In this document: piece after piece, positions 12,001 through 20,620 of the stretch
Numbering within the stretch: the stretch's first letter is position 1
Layout of the letters: the number at the start of each line of letters is the position of its first letter
Assembly (NCBI GenBank): GCA_963719425.1
Contig: OY970382.1
Location: 244,862 to 308,861 of the forward strand
Length of the DNA: 64,000 bases
Reading direction: 5' to 3'
From: an uncultured bacterium
GTDB taxonomy: Bacteria; Patescibacteriota; Minisyncoccia; UBA6257; 2-01-FULL-56-20
Notes under the pieces: generated by a model
The model's database searches: none
The model's input: only the letters and a program-made list of their open reading frames with translations
Told to the model about the DNA's origin: nothing
Made by a program: the position numbers and the translations under genes

Positions 12001-15000
12001 TGTAGTTGCCGGTCGCGTCCGTGAAGGTCCAGGGATCAGTGGGGTAGCCCGCCGCGTCCGTGTGCGTCGTGCCCGTGAGATCAAGGCCGCTCAGGGCTTC
12101 GTCCAATACCCCTTTCGCGGTCCCGGTCGCGGTGTGGGCCGCGCCGTCAAACGGCACTGCGTAGGGCGTGACTATGATGGTCGGGTTGGCTTTGGTGATC
12201 GCGATCGCTACCGTGCCGCTCGCATCGTTGTAGTTGGTACCGCCCGTGAAGGTCCAGGAGGCGGTGCCGCCAGGAACGTTCGTGAAGGAAGCACCGAGAT
12301 CAAGCGAGGCCGCGAGGTCCGCACCGCCGATACCGGTCGCCGTCCCGGTCGCGCTGTGCGCCGCGCCATCGTAGACGCCGGTGTAGCCGGTGACATTGAT
12401 GGTCGCATCCACCTTGCCGATCGCGTCAGCCACCGTGCCGGTCGCGTTGTTGTAGTTGCCGGTCGCGTCCGTGAAGGTCCAGGGATCAGTGGGGTAGCCC
12501 GCCGCGTCCGTGTGCGTCGTGCCCGTGAGATCAAGGCCGCTCAGGGCTTCGTCCAATACCCCTTTCGCGGTCCCGGTCGCGGTGTGGGCCGCGCCGTCAA
12601 ACGGCACTGCGTAGGGCGTGACTATGATGGTCGGGTTGGCTTTGGTGATCGCGATCGCTACCGTGCCGCTCGCATCGTTGTAGTTGGTACCGCCCGTGAA
12701 GGTCCAGGAGGCGGTGCCGCCAGGAACGTTCGTGAAGGAAGCACCGAGATCAAGCGAGGCCGCGAGGTCCGCACCGCCGATACCGGTCGCCGTCCCGGTC
12801 GCGCTGTGCGCCGCGCCATCGTAGACGCCGGTGTAGCCGGTGACATTGATGGTCGCATCCACCTTGCCGATCGCGTCAGCCACCGTGCCGGTCGCGTTGT
12901 TGTAGTTGCCGGTCGCGTCCGTGAAGGTCCAGGGATCAGTGGGGTAGCCCGCCGCGTCCGTGTGCGTCGTGCCCGTGAGATCAAGGCCGCTCAGGGCTTC
13001 GTCCAATACCCCTTTCGCGGTCCCGGTCGCGGTGTGGGCCGCGCCGTCAAACGGCACTGCGTAGGGCGTGACTATGATGGTCGGGTTGGCTTTGGTGATC
13101 GCTGCAGTCGTTGTCGCTGTGTCGTTGAAGTTGTAGTTCGCCGCACTCGTTCCATTCAATATAATTCCCGTTACCGTGACGAGCTTCGCCGTGCCAGCAT
13201 TCGCGTCGGCAAATAATGCCGTGCCGCTTGCGGTCAGAAGGTCACCGTTCACGACGCCGTTCACCGTGAGATTGGCGGTCGCGTTCGTCGTGCCGTCGTA
13301 GACCTTATCGTGGCCGGTGGCCGAGACCGTGACCGAGGCCGCCGTGATGTTCAGTGTGCTTGTAACAAACGTCAGCGTGTAGTTGCCATTCAGGGCGAGA
13401 GTGCCCTGTTTGATAGCGTAAGCGCCGACGTTCTCGCCCGCATCGCGGATCAAGGCACCCGAAAAGGTATCACTTGCGATGAGTGTGCCGCTTGTGATCT
13501 GATAGGTCAAAGCCGGATCAACGGCGCCATATACCTTGGTCTTTGCGTCTGCTGTCACCGTAATCGCTCGCGGGATTACATTTACGGTGCGGACCACCGG
13601 AGTGGCGGCGTTGCCATGCGCGTCACTGACGTTATAGGTCACCGTGTACGCACCGAGCTGATTAATATTAACAGTACTCGTCGTAACGATGTGCGTGGTA
13701 AGGTCGCCGTCTATGTTATCAAGTGCGGTAGCGCCCGCGTCTACATAGGGAGTTCCCACTTCAGTGTTCACGGTGCTTGAGCCGATGAGTGTGATGACCG
13801 GCGGAGTGGTGTCATTTATATTTATGTATTGCGCCATCACGTCATGGATGGTGTCCACGCCGATCTGGCCGTTTCCCGTTCCCTTTTTGCCATTCAGATA
13901 GTCCACGGTGTCTTGGAGCACGGCCTGCGTCGTGCCATCCACTTCGGTGGCAAGCGGAGCAGTAGAGGTCTCTATCTGGTGGAAAAGTAGAATGAGCCAA
14001 ACCTTGTTCGCTGCTGCGTAATCAATCCATGAGTGTATCGTGTTCGTCGCAACCGATGCGTCAACAACTTGAACTTGGAGCGCATACGGATCGGTGTTTT
14101 TCAAGTTGTAACCCTGGATGACGCTGCGTCCGGCGGCGAAGTTATCAGCACTCAAAAGCCCTTCTATACTAGTGTTTCCCGCGCCTGAGCCGTAAGGATA
14201 CGCAAATGTGTCAACGGGCGTCACGCCTATGTCAGTGAGGGCGGTCTTGGATCCGTCTATCTGATCTTGGGCCGTTGACGGCGCTGGAAGCGGGTTATCG
14301 GGGCAGCCGACCGTTGTCATTGCCGAGTTGGGGTCATTGAAGAGCTGAACAAGGTCGCAGTGGTCTTCTGTGTGCGAACCGATTTCTTCTCCGTATGTGT
14401 TCTGGAGCGAGAGTACGCTTGAGGTGCTCATAAAGCTTAAATCTGGATCGTCAGGGCTGTTGAGCATCGCGTTGGTGATGATATAGAACGTTCCATGAAG
14501 ATGGGCGGCGTACAGCACCGGCACCGCATTGTCGAATTGCGATTGCCAACCATCGTCAAAAGTGAGCGAGACCAGTCCTTGGGGGAAAAGGTACGCACCC
14601 GGCTCTGCCACCAGGGTAAGCGAATAATTAGTAGTTGCGAGCGATCCATTGCCGCTGATGAAGTGATAGACCGTGACCGAAACAGCGTTCGGGGGCGCAG
14701 TAAACTGCTGCGTGGCGCTCGTCCATACACCGCCCGTCGAAGGAAGTGTGGCAAGGATGGGATATGTATTGGAGTTATCAGCGAGGGTGTATTCCGCAGC
14801 CAGGTAGCTCGTGTTTGTTGAGTTGTACCAGTCGGAGAACGAGTAGGTTGCGCCGCCTGTTATCGCCACGTGGTCAAAATACCAATCTGCGGCGCCATCC
14901 ACGTAGTTAGAGACGGAAACCTCGGCGGCTTTGTCTCCCGGATTCGGTCCGGCGAGCAGCGGGTAGCTGAATATTCTTGTGTTGTTGCCGTAACCGCCCT

Positions 15001-17881
15001 GATGCCAATAATCGGGATTGCTGGCTGATACCGTCGCGTCCAGCATGTTCGGATTCTGGATAAGGTTCGCTACTGCTGCGCTCACCGTGATGGTGTAGCC
15101 CTGCGTTGAGGATGTCAAACCGACAGTTGCTTTTATGGTGAAGTTGAATACTCCGGTCACACTTGGGGTTCCGGCGATGGAGGTTGTGGGGCCCGTGGCA
15201 GAAGTGAGCGAAAGCCCGTTAGGCAATGCGCCGGAAGTGAGTGTCCACGAAATCGTCCCCGTCGCCGCGGTTGTTGCCGTAAGCGTTTGCGCGTAGGGAG
15301 CGTCGATTGTGCCGTTCGCAAGCTCGGTCGGGCTGATGCCGAGCGGAGGCGGGACGAAAGTGTTCGTTATCGTACACGTGACCGTGCTCGTGCCCATCGT
15401 GCCCGTGCACGAAGCGGAGGGTGACACCGTGTAATATTGGGAGTTCGTGGTCGTTGCTTCAGCCACGCGGTATGTGTCGCCGACATTCAGCGTATAACTC
15501 TGCGTGCTTGAAGCAGAGCCGTTGAATACTGTTGTTGAGCCGTTCTTCAAAACGGTCAGGATGAAATCCCCATAGGTTGCGGAACCACTCGTACTGTTCA
15601 CGAGATTTACAACAAGCGTTGCGGAACTTATTTTAGTGGAGGTCAGCGAGCCCGATCCGGTGTTTCCAGCCGCATCCGTTTGCGATACGGTCGCGGTCAG
15701 GGTTCCGTCGGGAAGCGTGCTCAAATTAAGAACTTTTGACCACGCGCTTGAAGCGCAGGTTGAGGTGGCGTTCACACTGCTTGAAGCGTTCGTCACTGCA
15801 AGTGAAACCGTAAGGCCAGTTTCGCAGGCGCCCGAAAGGGTTACGGCGGTATTATTCGCGTTCGTGACCGCCGGGAATGAAGTGACCGTAACGCTCGGGG
15901 CGGTGTTATCCACCGTAAAAGTCGTGCTTGGTCCGGCAGCTGGAGCAGTGTTGCCCGCGTTGTCGCTTGCCGTTCCTGCCGCGATGCTGATGCCGAGCGT
16001 GCCGTCCCCAGTGATCGATGAGATCGTGACCGTTCTCGTGCTGGTCCCCGAGCCGGTCACCGCTACGGTGCCGGTGGTCGTTCCCGTCTTATTCAAAGCC
16101 ACATTGGCGTTCACAAGGGTAACGGTATCTGCGCCGCCATAGGTGATGGTGTAGGTGATCGGTCCGCTCTTTGTGAGTGACGCAGAGGGTGAGCCGATGG
16201 TAACGGTCGGCGCCGTGTTGTCGATTTGAATTTGTCGGTTCGCCGAAATTTGTGAATTGCCGACGGCATCCGCCACAGTGACCGTAAGCTGTTTGGCGCC
16301 GTCCGCGCCACCATTCGTGATCGTAAGGATGCCCGTGCATTTCTGCGTGGTAGTGCTGTAGGTGATCGATCCGGTAAACGATGTTACCCCGCTTATCGCT
16401 GGATTACAGCTTGTGCCATTTGTTATTCCCGAACCGGTTTCGGTGATTGAAACATCCACCGAGGTTGTCGCATTGTTTTTATAGCGTGAGTCCGTCGCAG
16501 GGGAGTTGAAGGAGTATGACGGAGCAGTCGTGTCGGGAGTTACTGCCACTGCAGTGCCGGTGCCGGTATTTCCCGCGTTGTCCGTTCCGCGGACGTTGAT
16601 TGAGGTCGCTGCGGCAGTGTTTACTCCGCTTGCACTACAGCTGCCGGCCGAAAATGTCCCCGCCGTCCACGTAGTGCCACCATTTATAGTGTATTGGCAG
16701 GAAGCAACGCCGCTTCCGGAGTCGCTCACCGTTGCGGAGATGGTTGAGGTTCCCGAGATATATTTCGGAGAAGAGCCGCTCGTCGGGGTTATTGTGACTG
16801 TTCCAATGGTCGGGGCGGCGGTGTCAATCTTCGCGACATTCGTAGACGTGTAGGTCGCCGTGTTGCCAGCGTTATCTGAGATAAGATATTGATATTCGTA
16901 ACAATTGCTGTTCGCAACAGTGGTGTCGTTATAGGGGCTCGTGGAGGTTGTTACGAGATTCGCGAAAGAGCCGAATGTTCCGCAGGAACCGTTGCTCAAT
17001 GTCGCCGAAGCCCGCTGGATTTTCCCCGAAGCCGTGTTTATGCCGGAACCACTATCGGTCCCAAGCGTAAAGGTGACGGAAACCGAAGTCGTCGTGGCGT
17101 AACCGTTGAGGTATGAGATGGAACCGCCGGAAGGAGGCGTTGTATCTGGGCGCAATGCAATGAGCTGTGCTTCCCAGGCGTCATTAGCTGCTCCGCTTGC
17201 AGTCTTTGCGCCGCTTGCACCTGTCGCGGACTGGACAGCGTCAGCTGTCTCTTCGTTTGGTCCGCTTGACTGAGTCTGGTCAAAACGCTCCGTCATACCG
17301 GTTGGGGGCGTCATCGATCCACTGCTATCGCTTGCAAAAGCCGCAACAAGCAAATCGTTTGCGACGGTAGTCGTAACATTTGAGGCAGATGGCGAAGCTG
17401 AAGTCCCTGTATTACCGCTCGAAGTATCAACTGGATTTGAAGTGTCAACGCCCGTATAGCGGAGAATGCCACCACCTGCTCGGTTCCCATGCGATCCATA
17501 GTTAAGGGTCCACGCGAAAGTAGATCCCTCTGAGCCGGTTACCACATGATAATAAGTAGCCAACGCATTATTAGTTCCATTGTTCGTCCTTAGTATCAGA
17601 GTCCAGCCGGACGGTGGTGTAATTGTGTCGTCGCTCCCACCATGGGCAGCAATGGTGGCGATGAGGATGTCGCCAGCTGCAGTGGATGCTGGCTTTGAAA
17701 TCGTGAGCGTGGTATTTGTGGTTGTCGCGTTCGCTTCCGTCCCGAAACTGATTGCTGCAAAGGCTTGTGGCACAACAAGTAGCATCCCGAGCGCCACCGC
17801 CGAACTGATTTTTATTAAATTTGTTTTTTGGAAAATGTTTTTCACTGATCTTTTATTTTTTATTTTTGTTTCTATTTTCAT
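6056..17881 (-). CDS. Giant secreted adhesin-like protein (3941 aa): Ig-like, putative-Ig (He_PIG), NodB-type polysaccharide deacetylase, DUF5011, MBG/YDG-like repeats, FN3-like, C-terminal peptidoglycan-binding domain
   Basis: Signal peptide ending PQAFA; Thr/Ser/Ala/Gly-rich beta repeats; CE4 motifs LTFDDG, IGSHTEDH, FAYPYG, LLFHQI; DTTPPVITLIG..GATALDNIDGDLT; C-terminal LSQGMNNADVKMLQ..YFGDATKNAV..FQ. Confidence 0.93.
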   Translation of the reverse strand: MKIETKIKNKRSVKNIFQKTNLIKISSAVALGMLLVVPQAFAAISFGTEANATTTNTTLTISKPASTAAGDILIATIAAHGGSDDTITPPSGWTLILRTNNGTNNALATYYHVVTGSEGSTFAWTLNYGSHGNRAGGGILRYTGVDTSNPVDTSSGNTGTSASPSASNVTTTVANDLLVAAFASDSSGSMTPPTGMTERFDQTQSSGPNEETADAVQSATGASGAKTASGAANDAWEAQLIALRPDTTPPSGGSISYLNGYATTTSVSVTFTLGTDSGSGINTASGKIQRASATLSNGSCGTFGSFANLVTTSTSPYNDTTVANSNCYEYQYLISDNAGNTATYTSTNVAKIDTAAPTIGTVTITPTSGSSPKYISGTSTISATVSDSGSGVASCQYTINGGTTWTAGTFSAGSCSASGVNTAAATSINVRGTDNAGNTGTGTAVAVTPDTTAPSYSFNSPATDSRYKNNATTSVDVSITETGSGITNGTSCNPAISGVTSFTGSITYSTTTQKCTGILTITNGGADGAKQLTVTVADAVGNSQISANRQIQIDNTAPTVTIGSPSASLTKSGPITYTITYGGADTVTLVNANVALNKTGTTTGTVAVTGSGTSTRTVTISSITGDGTLGISIAAGTASDNAGNTAPAAGPSTTFTVDNTAPSVTVTSFPAVTNANNTAVTLSGACETGLTVSLAVTNASSSVNATSTCASSAWSKVLNLSTLPDGTLTATVSQTDAAGNTGSGSLTSTKISSATLVVNLVNSTSGSATYGDFILTVLKNGSTTVFNGSASSTQSYTLNVGDTYRVAEATTTNSQYYTVSPSASCTGTMGTSTVTCTITNTFVPPPLGISPTELANGTIDAPYAQTLTATTAATGTISWTLTSGALPNGLSLTSATGPTTSIAGTPSVTGVFNFTIKATVGLTSSTQGYTITVSAAVANLIQNPNMLDATVSASNPDYWHQGGYGNNTRIFSYPLLAGPNPGDKAAEVSVSNYVDGAADWYFDHVAITGGATYSFSDWYNSTNTSYLAAEYTLADNSNTYPILATLPSTGGVWTSATQQFTAPPNAVSVTVYHFISGNGSLATTNYSLTLVAEPGAYLFPQGLVSLTFDDGWQSQFDNAVPVLYAAHLHGTFYIITNAMLNSPDDPDLSFMSTSSVLSLQNTYGEEIGSHTEDHCDLVQLFNDPNSAMTTVGCPDNPLPAPSTAQDQIDGSKTALTDIGVTPVDTFAYPYGSGAGNTSIEGLLSADNFAAGRSVIQGYNLKNTDPYALQVQVVDASVATNTIHSWIDYAAANKVWLILLFHQIETSTAPLATEVDGTTQAVLQDTVDYLNGKKGTGNGQIGVDTIHDVMAQYININDTTPPVITLIGSSTVNTEVGTPYVDAGATALDNIDGDLTTHIVTTSTVNINQLGAYTVTYNVSDAHGNAATPVVRTVNVIPRAITVTADAKTKVYGAVDPALTYQITSGTLIASDTFSGALIRDAGENVGAYAIKQGTLALNGNYTLTFVTSTLNITAASVTVSATGHDKVYDGTTNATANLTVNGVVNGDLLTASGTALFADANAGTAKLVTVTGIILNGTSAANYNFNDTATTTAAITKANPTIIVTPYAVPFDGAAHTATGTAKGVLDEALSGLDLTGTTHTDAAGYPTDPWTFTDATGNYNNATGTVADAIGKVDATINVTGYTGVYDGAAHSATGTATGIGGADLAASLDLGASFTNVPGGTASWTFTGGTNYNDASGTVAIAITKANPTIIVTPYAVPFDGAAHTATGTAKGVLDEALSGLDLTGTTHTDAAGYPTDPWTFTDATGNYNNATGTVADAIGKVDATINVTGYTGVYDGAAHSATGTATGIGGADLAASLDLGASFTNVPGGTASWTFTGGTNYNDASGTVAIAITKANPTIIVTPYAVPFDGAAHTATGTAKGVLDEALSGLDLTGTTHTDAAGYPTDPWTFTDATGNYNNATGTVADAIGKVDATINVTGYTGVYDGAAHSATGTATGIGGADLAASLDLGASFTNVPGGTASWTFTGGTNYNDASGTVAIAITKANPTIIVTPYAVPFDGAAHTATGTAKGVLDEALSGLDLTGTTHTDAAGYPTDPWTFTDATGNYNNATGTVADAIGKVDATINVTGYTGVYDGAAHSATGTATGIGGADLAASLDLGASFTNVPGGTASWTFTGGTNYNDASGTVAIAITKANPTIIVTPYAVPFDGAAHTATGTAKGVLDEALSGLDLTGTTHTDAAGYPTDPWTFTDATGNYNNATGTVADAIGKVDATINVTGYTGVYDGAAHSATGTATGIGGADLAASLDLGASFTNVPGGTASWTFTGGTNYNDASGTVAIAITKANPTIIVTPYAVPFDGAAHTATGTAKGVLDEALSGLDLTGTTHTDAAGYPTDPWTFTDATGNYNNATGTVADAIGKVDATINVTGYTGVYDGAAHSATGTATGIGGADLAASLDLGASFTNVPGGTASWTFTGGTNYNDASGTVAIAITKANPTIIVTPYAVPFDGAAHTATGTAKGVLDEALSGLDLTGTTHTDAAGYPTDPWTFTDATGNYNNATGTVADAIGKVDATINVTGYTGVYDGAAHSATGTATGIGGADLAASLDLGASFTNVPGGTASWTFTGGTNYNDASGTVAIAITKANPTIIVTPYAVPFDGAAHTATGTAKGVLDEALSGLDLTGTTHTDAAGYPTDPWTFTDATGNYNNATGTVADAIAPSSITIALNSADLNQVYDGNPKTVGVTTNPDNLANIVTYDNATTTPVDAGTYAVAATITDPNYAGTATGTLVIAQASQTIAFAPLADVTIGDPDFSISATSTSGLAVTFTATSSDVCTISANTVHLMGPGSCMITAEQASDLNHEAAPNVPQTFTVNNAPNIITVNSADVAITGEVPDTATVGVPYAGAILTVSSTDTGVFNWTVSDLPDGITSIPTGNTLTISGTPTTPTSTTVSVTATNETNASTTVTQTYPLTVSDAPAITIATSSPDVAEVGVSFSQTFTASDSNATDTFTFGVAGLPDGFTSTSTPTTLTIAGTPTTTDSIVLNVNATSTLNVASAGSLTDTITVGNAPAISFITTSPLPDATVGIPYTATITATSTNPADTLTLSTSTPLPAWITSFAVNGDTATISGTPESADLGSSTVNMTATGANPASAPTAQDFSISVLAAPAVTITPPSLNATIGVSYSGNFTASDADASDTFNWNASGTIPGLTFTDGNLTGTPAATGTFPIDVTATNNTNGASTATQHFDFAVSNAPTITIVSGLTPDTATAETPYSATIVATSTDPADTLTWQIAGLPAWATSTPAGDTTTVSGTPHASDVGSSTINVSVNGSNVQSNVASKNYTLTVEAAAPTSTPSSTVTLTPPSGGFNDATVNVLYPAPATIHATNSANATDTFIFAITAGAIPTGMDVSTSSDGFSLSISGTPTATGTFNFSVNATSDSDNSQSASGDYSIKVVEAPASISTITISPAAGALPGTETDTSYSQTFTATNSGNASDTFNWNASGTIPGLNFADGLLSGTPTATGTFPLDITATSVSDGSLSTAQHYTLIISELPPPPPTPTSTLNVTVTVDNSAGGSATPSDFTVTIIGGHPSTSTFPGNASGTLVTVDEKMTYGANISSLTNYTVGNNGDCQGKTAPAGNSIPCAFTETFALPAPIISEQTSTNPTDTSVTITWTTDHPATSRVVYGTASVSDASSTAAGEPNYGYANSTDENAATTTDHSVTVSGLTPGTTYYLRSVSHGSPESVGNEITVTTTGSATQPGGNTGNGGGIVVTSGGGGGGGGGTGYYPPTITTGGGQVLGASTTNPGVLLQLLQSLMQQLIALEKKLVTQQLKDASCSAQFNQNLSQGMNNADVKMLQTVLNMSDLTQVAQSGVGSPGNESTYFGDATKNAVIIFQNIFADEILAPNGLTSGNGYVGSATRSVLNQLCSQ
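9718..13102. repeat. In-frame tandem repeat, 450-bp unit (150 aa, two related ~75-aa MBG-like modules), ~7.5 copies
   Basis: tcgcgtcagccaccgtgccg recurs at 9721, 10171, 10621, 11071, 11521, 11971, 12421 and 12871; the only difference noticed is a synonymous g/a at 9788. Confidence 0.97.
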
Positions 17882-18113
17882 TTTTATTTTTTGATTTTAG
17901 ATTTGATGTGATGTTATTCCCGACCCTTTCTTTTTGACTGCACCTGGAACATAAGAGGATTCGGCGGAGGAGATATGCACATGCCTCCTCTATGGACGCC
18001 GAAAAGCTCCCACAGAGGAGAGTTCCTGTATTGGCCACTTTCTGTGCCCTGGAAGGCCCGTAAATCCACACTCTTCATGGTTAATGATGGCCGTTTTAAT
18101 GCTCCTTTAATTT
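17882..18113 (-). promoter_or_regulatory. Long structured 5' leader of the giant gene (candidate cis-regulatory RNA)
   Basis: Nested complementary segments GGAAC/GUUCC, UUCGGCG/CGCCGAA, GAGGAG/CUCCUC and GGCCA/UGGCC between promoter and start codon. Confidence 0.45.
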
Positions 18114-18119
18114 GCGGGG

Positions 18120-18149
18120 AGAATAGCATATTACAAGAAGGCGTGTCAA
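18120..18149 (-). promoter_or_regulatory. Sigma70-type promoter for the giant gene
   Basis: TTGACA (18149-18144), 18-nt spacer, TGn-TATTCT (18125-18120). Confidence 0.65.
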
Positions 18150-18170
18150 GGGCACTAAAACAGGAGCGAA

Positions 18171-18204
18171 TGAAAAACCTCACTCGCACGAATGAGGTTT
18201 TTCA
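18171..18204 (-). terminator. Terminator after the GT2 gene
   Basis: Hairpin tgaaaaacctca..tgaggtttttca. Confidence 0.7.
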
Positions 18205-18218
18205 TTGCGGTGGGTAAT

Positions 18219-19610
18219 TTAAACCGCTCTCCTCGTCGGGCTAATCCACTGTCCGGAAGATTTGGTCAACAACGCCTTAGGCATCGCTCCCAGAAATGCC
18301 AGCGCGTCAAAAAAACGCACCAAAGGAAACGCGAGGCCTAACAATAAATATTGCGGTCTTCTTCGGGCTGCGATTAAGGTCATTAAATAATCGGGCAGCA
18401 AGACCGCGAACAGGACAATTCCGAGCAAAACCTTGGAAACTGCCGGGAAAGCAAAAAGAATCGAAAGACCTGCTGAGTGCTGTATTGTGATTTGGCCGGA
18501 AAAAATTATAAAGAGCAAAGCAAACGGCAGCAGTAAAAATGCTAAGCTAGCCAAAAATGTTTCCAGCAAAGTTATGCAAAGTGCGGCCCAGAATTTGCTT
18601 GGCCAAAAACCGTGCAAACGGATAGTTTGCCAAAATCCCAAATACCACCTTTTTACCTGACGGTAATAATCGCGCAAATTATCAGGATCCTGGGTATGAG
18701 CGATTATGCTGGGGTGGTGGGCTATGATCCCGAGGTGTTTATGGTGCAATTCAAACGTCATATTAAAATCTTCTATCACGGGCCCTTGCGGGTTCATATT
18801 CATTTTTTCCAGGACGGATGTCCGGTAAATACTGGCAAAGCCCGGCACTATGGGCGTAACGTTGGTATGCCGCCATGTCTGGCCGAATTTAATGAGGATC
18901 TGGCTTAGAAAATAGACCCGGTCTCTATGCGCCAGAAAAAGCATCTGCCGCCACGACTGCTTTTTTGGGTCCCATATTGTCCGCGCGTAACCGGCCACGG
19001 CAGCGACTTCTGGGTCGCGGAAAAAAGGCAGCGCGTTTTCCAGATAATCATTTTTGAGGCGCGTATCCGCATCCACAAACAATACGGCTTTGTAGGCATG
19101 ATATAAATTAAAATGCCTTAAACATTCTTCCAACGCGCCGGCTTTGCCGTGAGAGGCCTCCAGGTTCAGCACCTGAACATTAAAACTTTGGGCAATGGTT
19201 ACGGTTGAGTCTGTCGAGCCGTCCGAGACGACGAACAAATTTTTTGCGGGTACAATTTTTAAAAGCGCGTTCAAGGTGTCAGCAATGACCAGTTCCTCGT
19301 TGTGCGCCGGCACCAAGACCGCCACCTCGTCATGCGTAATACTTGGAGGTTCGTCCATCCCATCTTGTTTAGTCGGGGCTTTTTGAAAAAAAGTTTCGAA
19401 AATCAGCCTCGTGAGACCAATAGTGCCCCAAACAAAAAAATTTATTCCCCACGTAAGCACTATACCCAGCAGTAGCCACCAGATGTGCGCCCCCCTGCAA
19501 AAAAAAGAGCCGACTTGGCTTAAAACCGGCAATAAAACAGCCCCAAATCCAAACGGCCAACCTGAAATATGGTAATAGTATGAGATATGGGAAATAAAAG
19601 AATTAAACAT
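18219..19610 (-). CDS. Processive membrane GT2 glycosyltransferase (PgaC/IcaA/CesA-like)
   Basis: D,D,D,QxxRW motifs: SDGSTD, VDADT, IEDF, QVKRW; N- and C-terminal TM helices. Confidence 0.88.
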   Translation of the reverse strand: MFNSFISHISYYYHISGWPFGFGAVLLPVLSQVGSFFCRGAHIWWLLLGIVLTWGINFFVWGTIGLTRLIFETFFQKAPTKQDGMDEPPSITHDEVAVLVPAHNEELVIADTLNALLKIVPAKNLFVVSDGSTDSTVTIAQSFNVQVLNLEASHGKAGALEECLRHFNLYHAYKAVLFVDADTRLKNDYLENALPFFRDPEVAAVAGYARTIWDPKKQSWRQMLFLAHRDRVYFLSQILIKFGQTWRHTNVTPIVPGFASIYRTSVLEKMNMNPQGPVIEDFNMTFELHHKHLGIIAHHPSIIAHTQDPDNLRDYYRQVKRWYLGFWQTIRLHGFWPSKFWAALCITLLETFLASLAFLLLPFALLFIIFSGQITIQHSAGLSILFAFPAVSKVLLGIVLFAVLLPDYLMTLIAARRRPQYLLLGLAFPLVRFFDALAFLGAMPKALLTKSSGQWISPTRRAV

Positions 19611-20619
19611 TTTGTTCCGCTACTTCTTGCCCCGCCATAAAACCAGGCTTGGCTGAGGTCTTACCCATTTCGACAATGCGGTATTTAAACGCCTCCAAGG
19701 TCTGCTTGAGGCCATGCTTTAAGTCGATCTTGCTTTTCCAGCCCAAAGCTTGGATTTTTTGTAGGTCCGGCAAACGGCCCGAGTGGTCGTGGGCGGCTCT
19801 GGGAATGATAGTGATCTTGCTGGAAGAATTAGCCAAGCCAACTATTAAAACAACCAAGTCTTTTATTTTAATCGGTTGGTTGCTGCCTAGATTGTATACC
19901 TGTCCTGGCACGCCCTTTTCCATGATAATTTCAAACCCATCTAATATATCTTCCACGTAGCATAAGGTTCTGCTCTGCTCCCCGTCTCCATATAGGGTGA
20001 TGGGAAGATTGTTTAAAGCTTGCCATCCGAAGCGGGGCACCACGCGCATATCGGAAAAAGACATCCTCGGGCCATAGGCATTGAACAGTCTGACGATTTT
20101 AGCGTTAAGCCCATAGCGGCGCACGAACCAAGCCACCAAAGTTTCGGAAAAACGCTTGCCTTCTTCATAGTTGGCGCGCGGCCCGGTTGGGTCGACATTT
20201 CCTTCATAGCTTTCCTTTTGTGGAGAGACTAAGGCCTCTCCGTAAATTTCCGAACTGCTGGTAAAAAGCAATTCCGAGCCATGGTCAAGCGCCAGTCTTA
20301 ACACCTGCCAAGTGCCGGTGCTTGATGCCTGCAGCATTTCTTCGCCCAAAACTTGGATGTTCGGCACGCCTGTGGGACAGGCCAGATTGTAAATGCGCTG
20401 GAACTTAACCTTAGCGGCGGAGCAGAAGCCCAAAAATTGCGGGGTTTCTATGCCGCATTGGCCAAAAGAAAAATTAGGATATTTTTTCAAAAACTCAATG
20501 TTTTGCAGATCACCGGTGAGCAGGTTATCAACACCCCAGACGGTATGCCCCGCCCGAAGCAAGCGCTCGCATAAGCTTGAGCCCAAAAACCCTGCTGCCC
20601 CCGTAACGAGAATATCCAT
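19603..20619 (-). CDS. NAD-dependent epimerase/dehydratase, UDP-glucuronate decarboxylase-like
   Basis: GAAGFLG, NLACP, TSSSEIYG, GPRANYEEGKR, RLFNAYGPRM. Confidence 0.88.
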   Translation of the reverse strand: MDILVTGAAGFLGSSLCERLLRAGHTVWGVDNLLTGDLQNIEFLKKYPNFSFGQCGIETPQFLGFCSAAKVKFQRIYNLACPTGVPNIQVLGEEMLQASSTGTWQVLRLALDHGSELLFTSSSEIYGEALVSPQKESYEGNVDPTGPRANYEEGKRFSETLVAWFVRRYGLNAKIVRLFNAYGPRMSFSDMRVVPRFGWQALNNLPITLYGDGEQSRTLCYVEDILDGFEIIMEKGVPGQVYNLGSNQPIKIKDLVVLIVGLANSSSKITIIPRAAHDHSGRLPDLQKIQALGWKSKIDLKHGLKQTLEAFKYRIVEMGKTSAKPGFMAGQEVAEQNV

Positions 20620-20620
20620 G

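Noticed and set aside
9718-13102. Tandem repeat as a CRISPR array
   Set aside because: The units are 450 bp, in frame and identical, with no unique spacers and no cas genes
9812-13216. 1134-aa + strand ORF and seven identical 108-aa minus-strand ORFs
   Set aside because: Shadow frames of the GC-rich 450-bp repeat inside the giant gene; Arg-rich, with no domain signature
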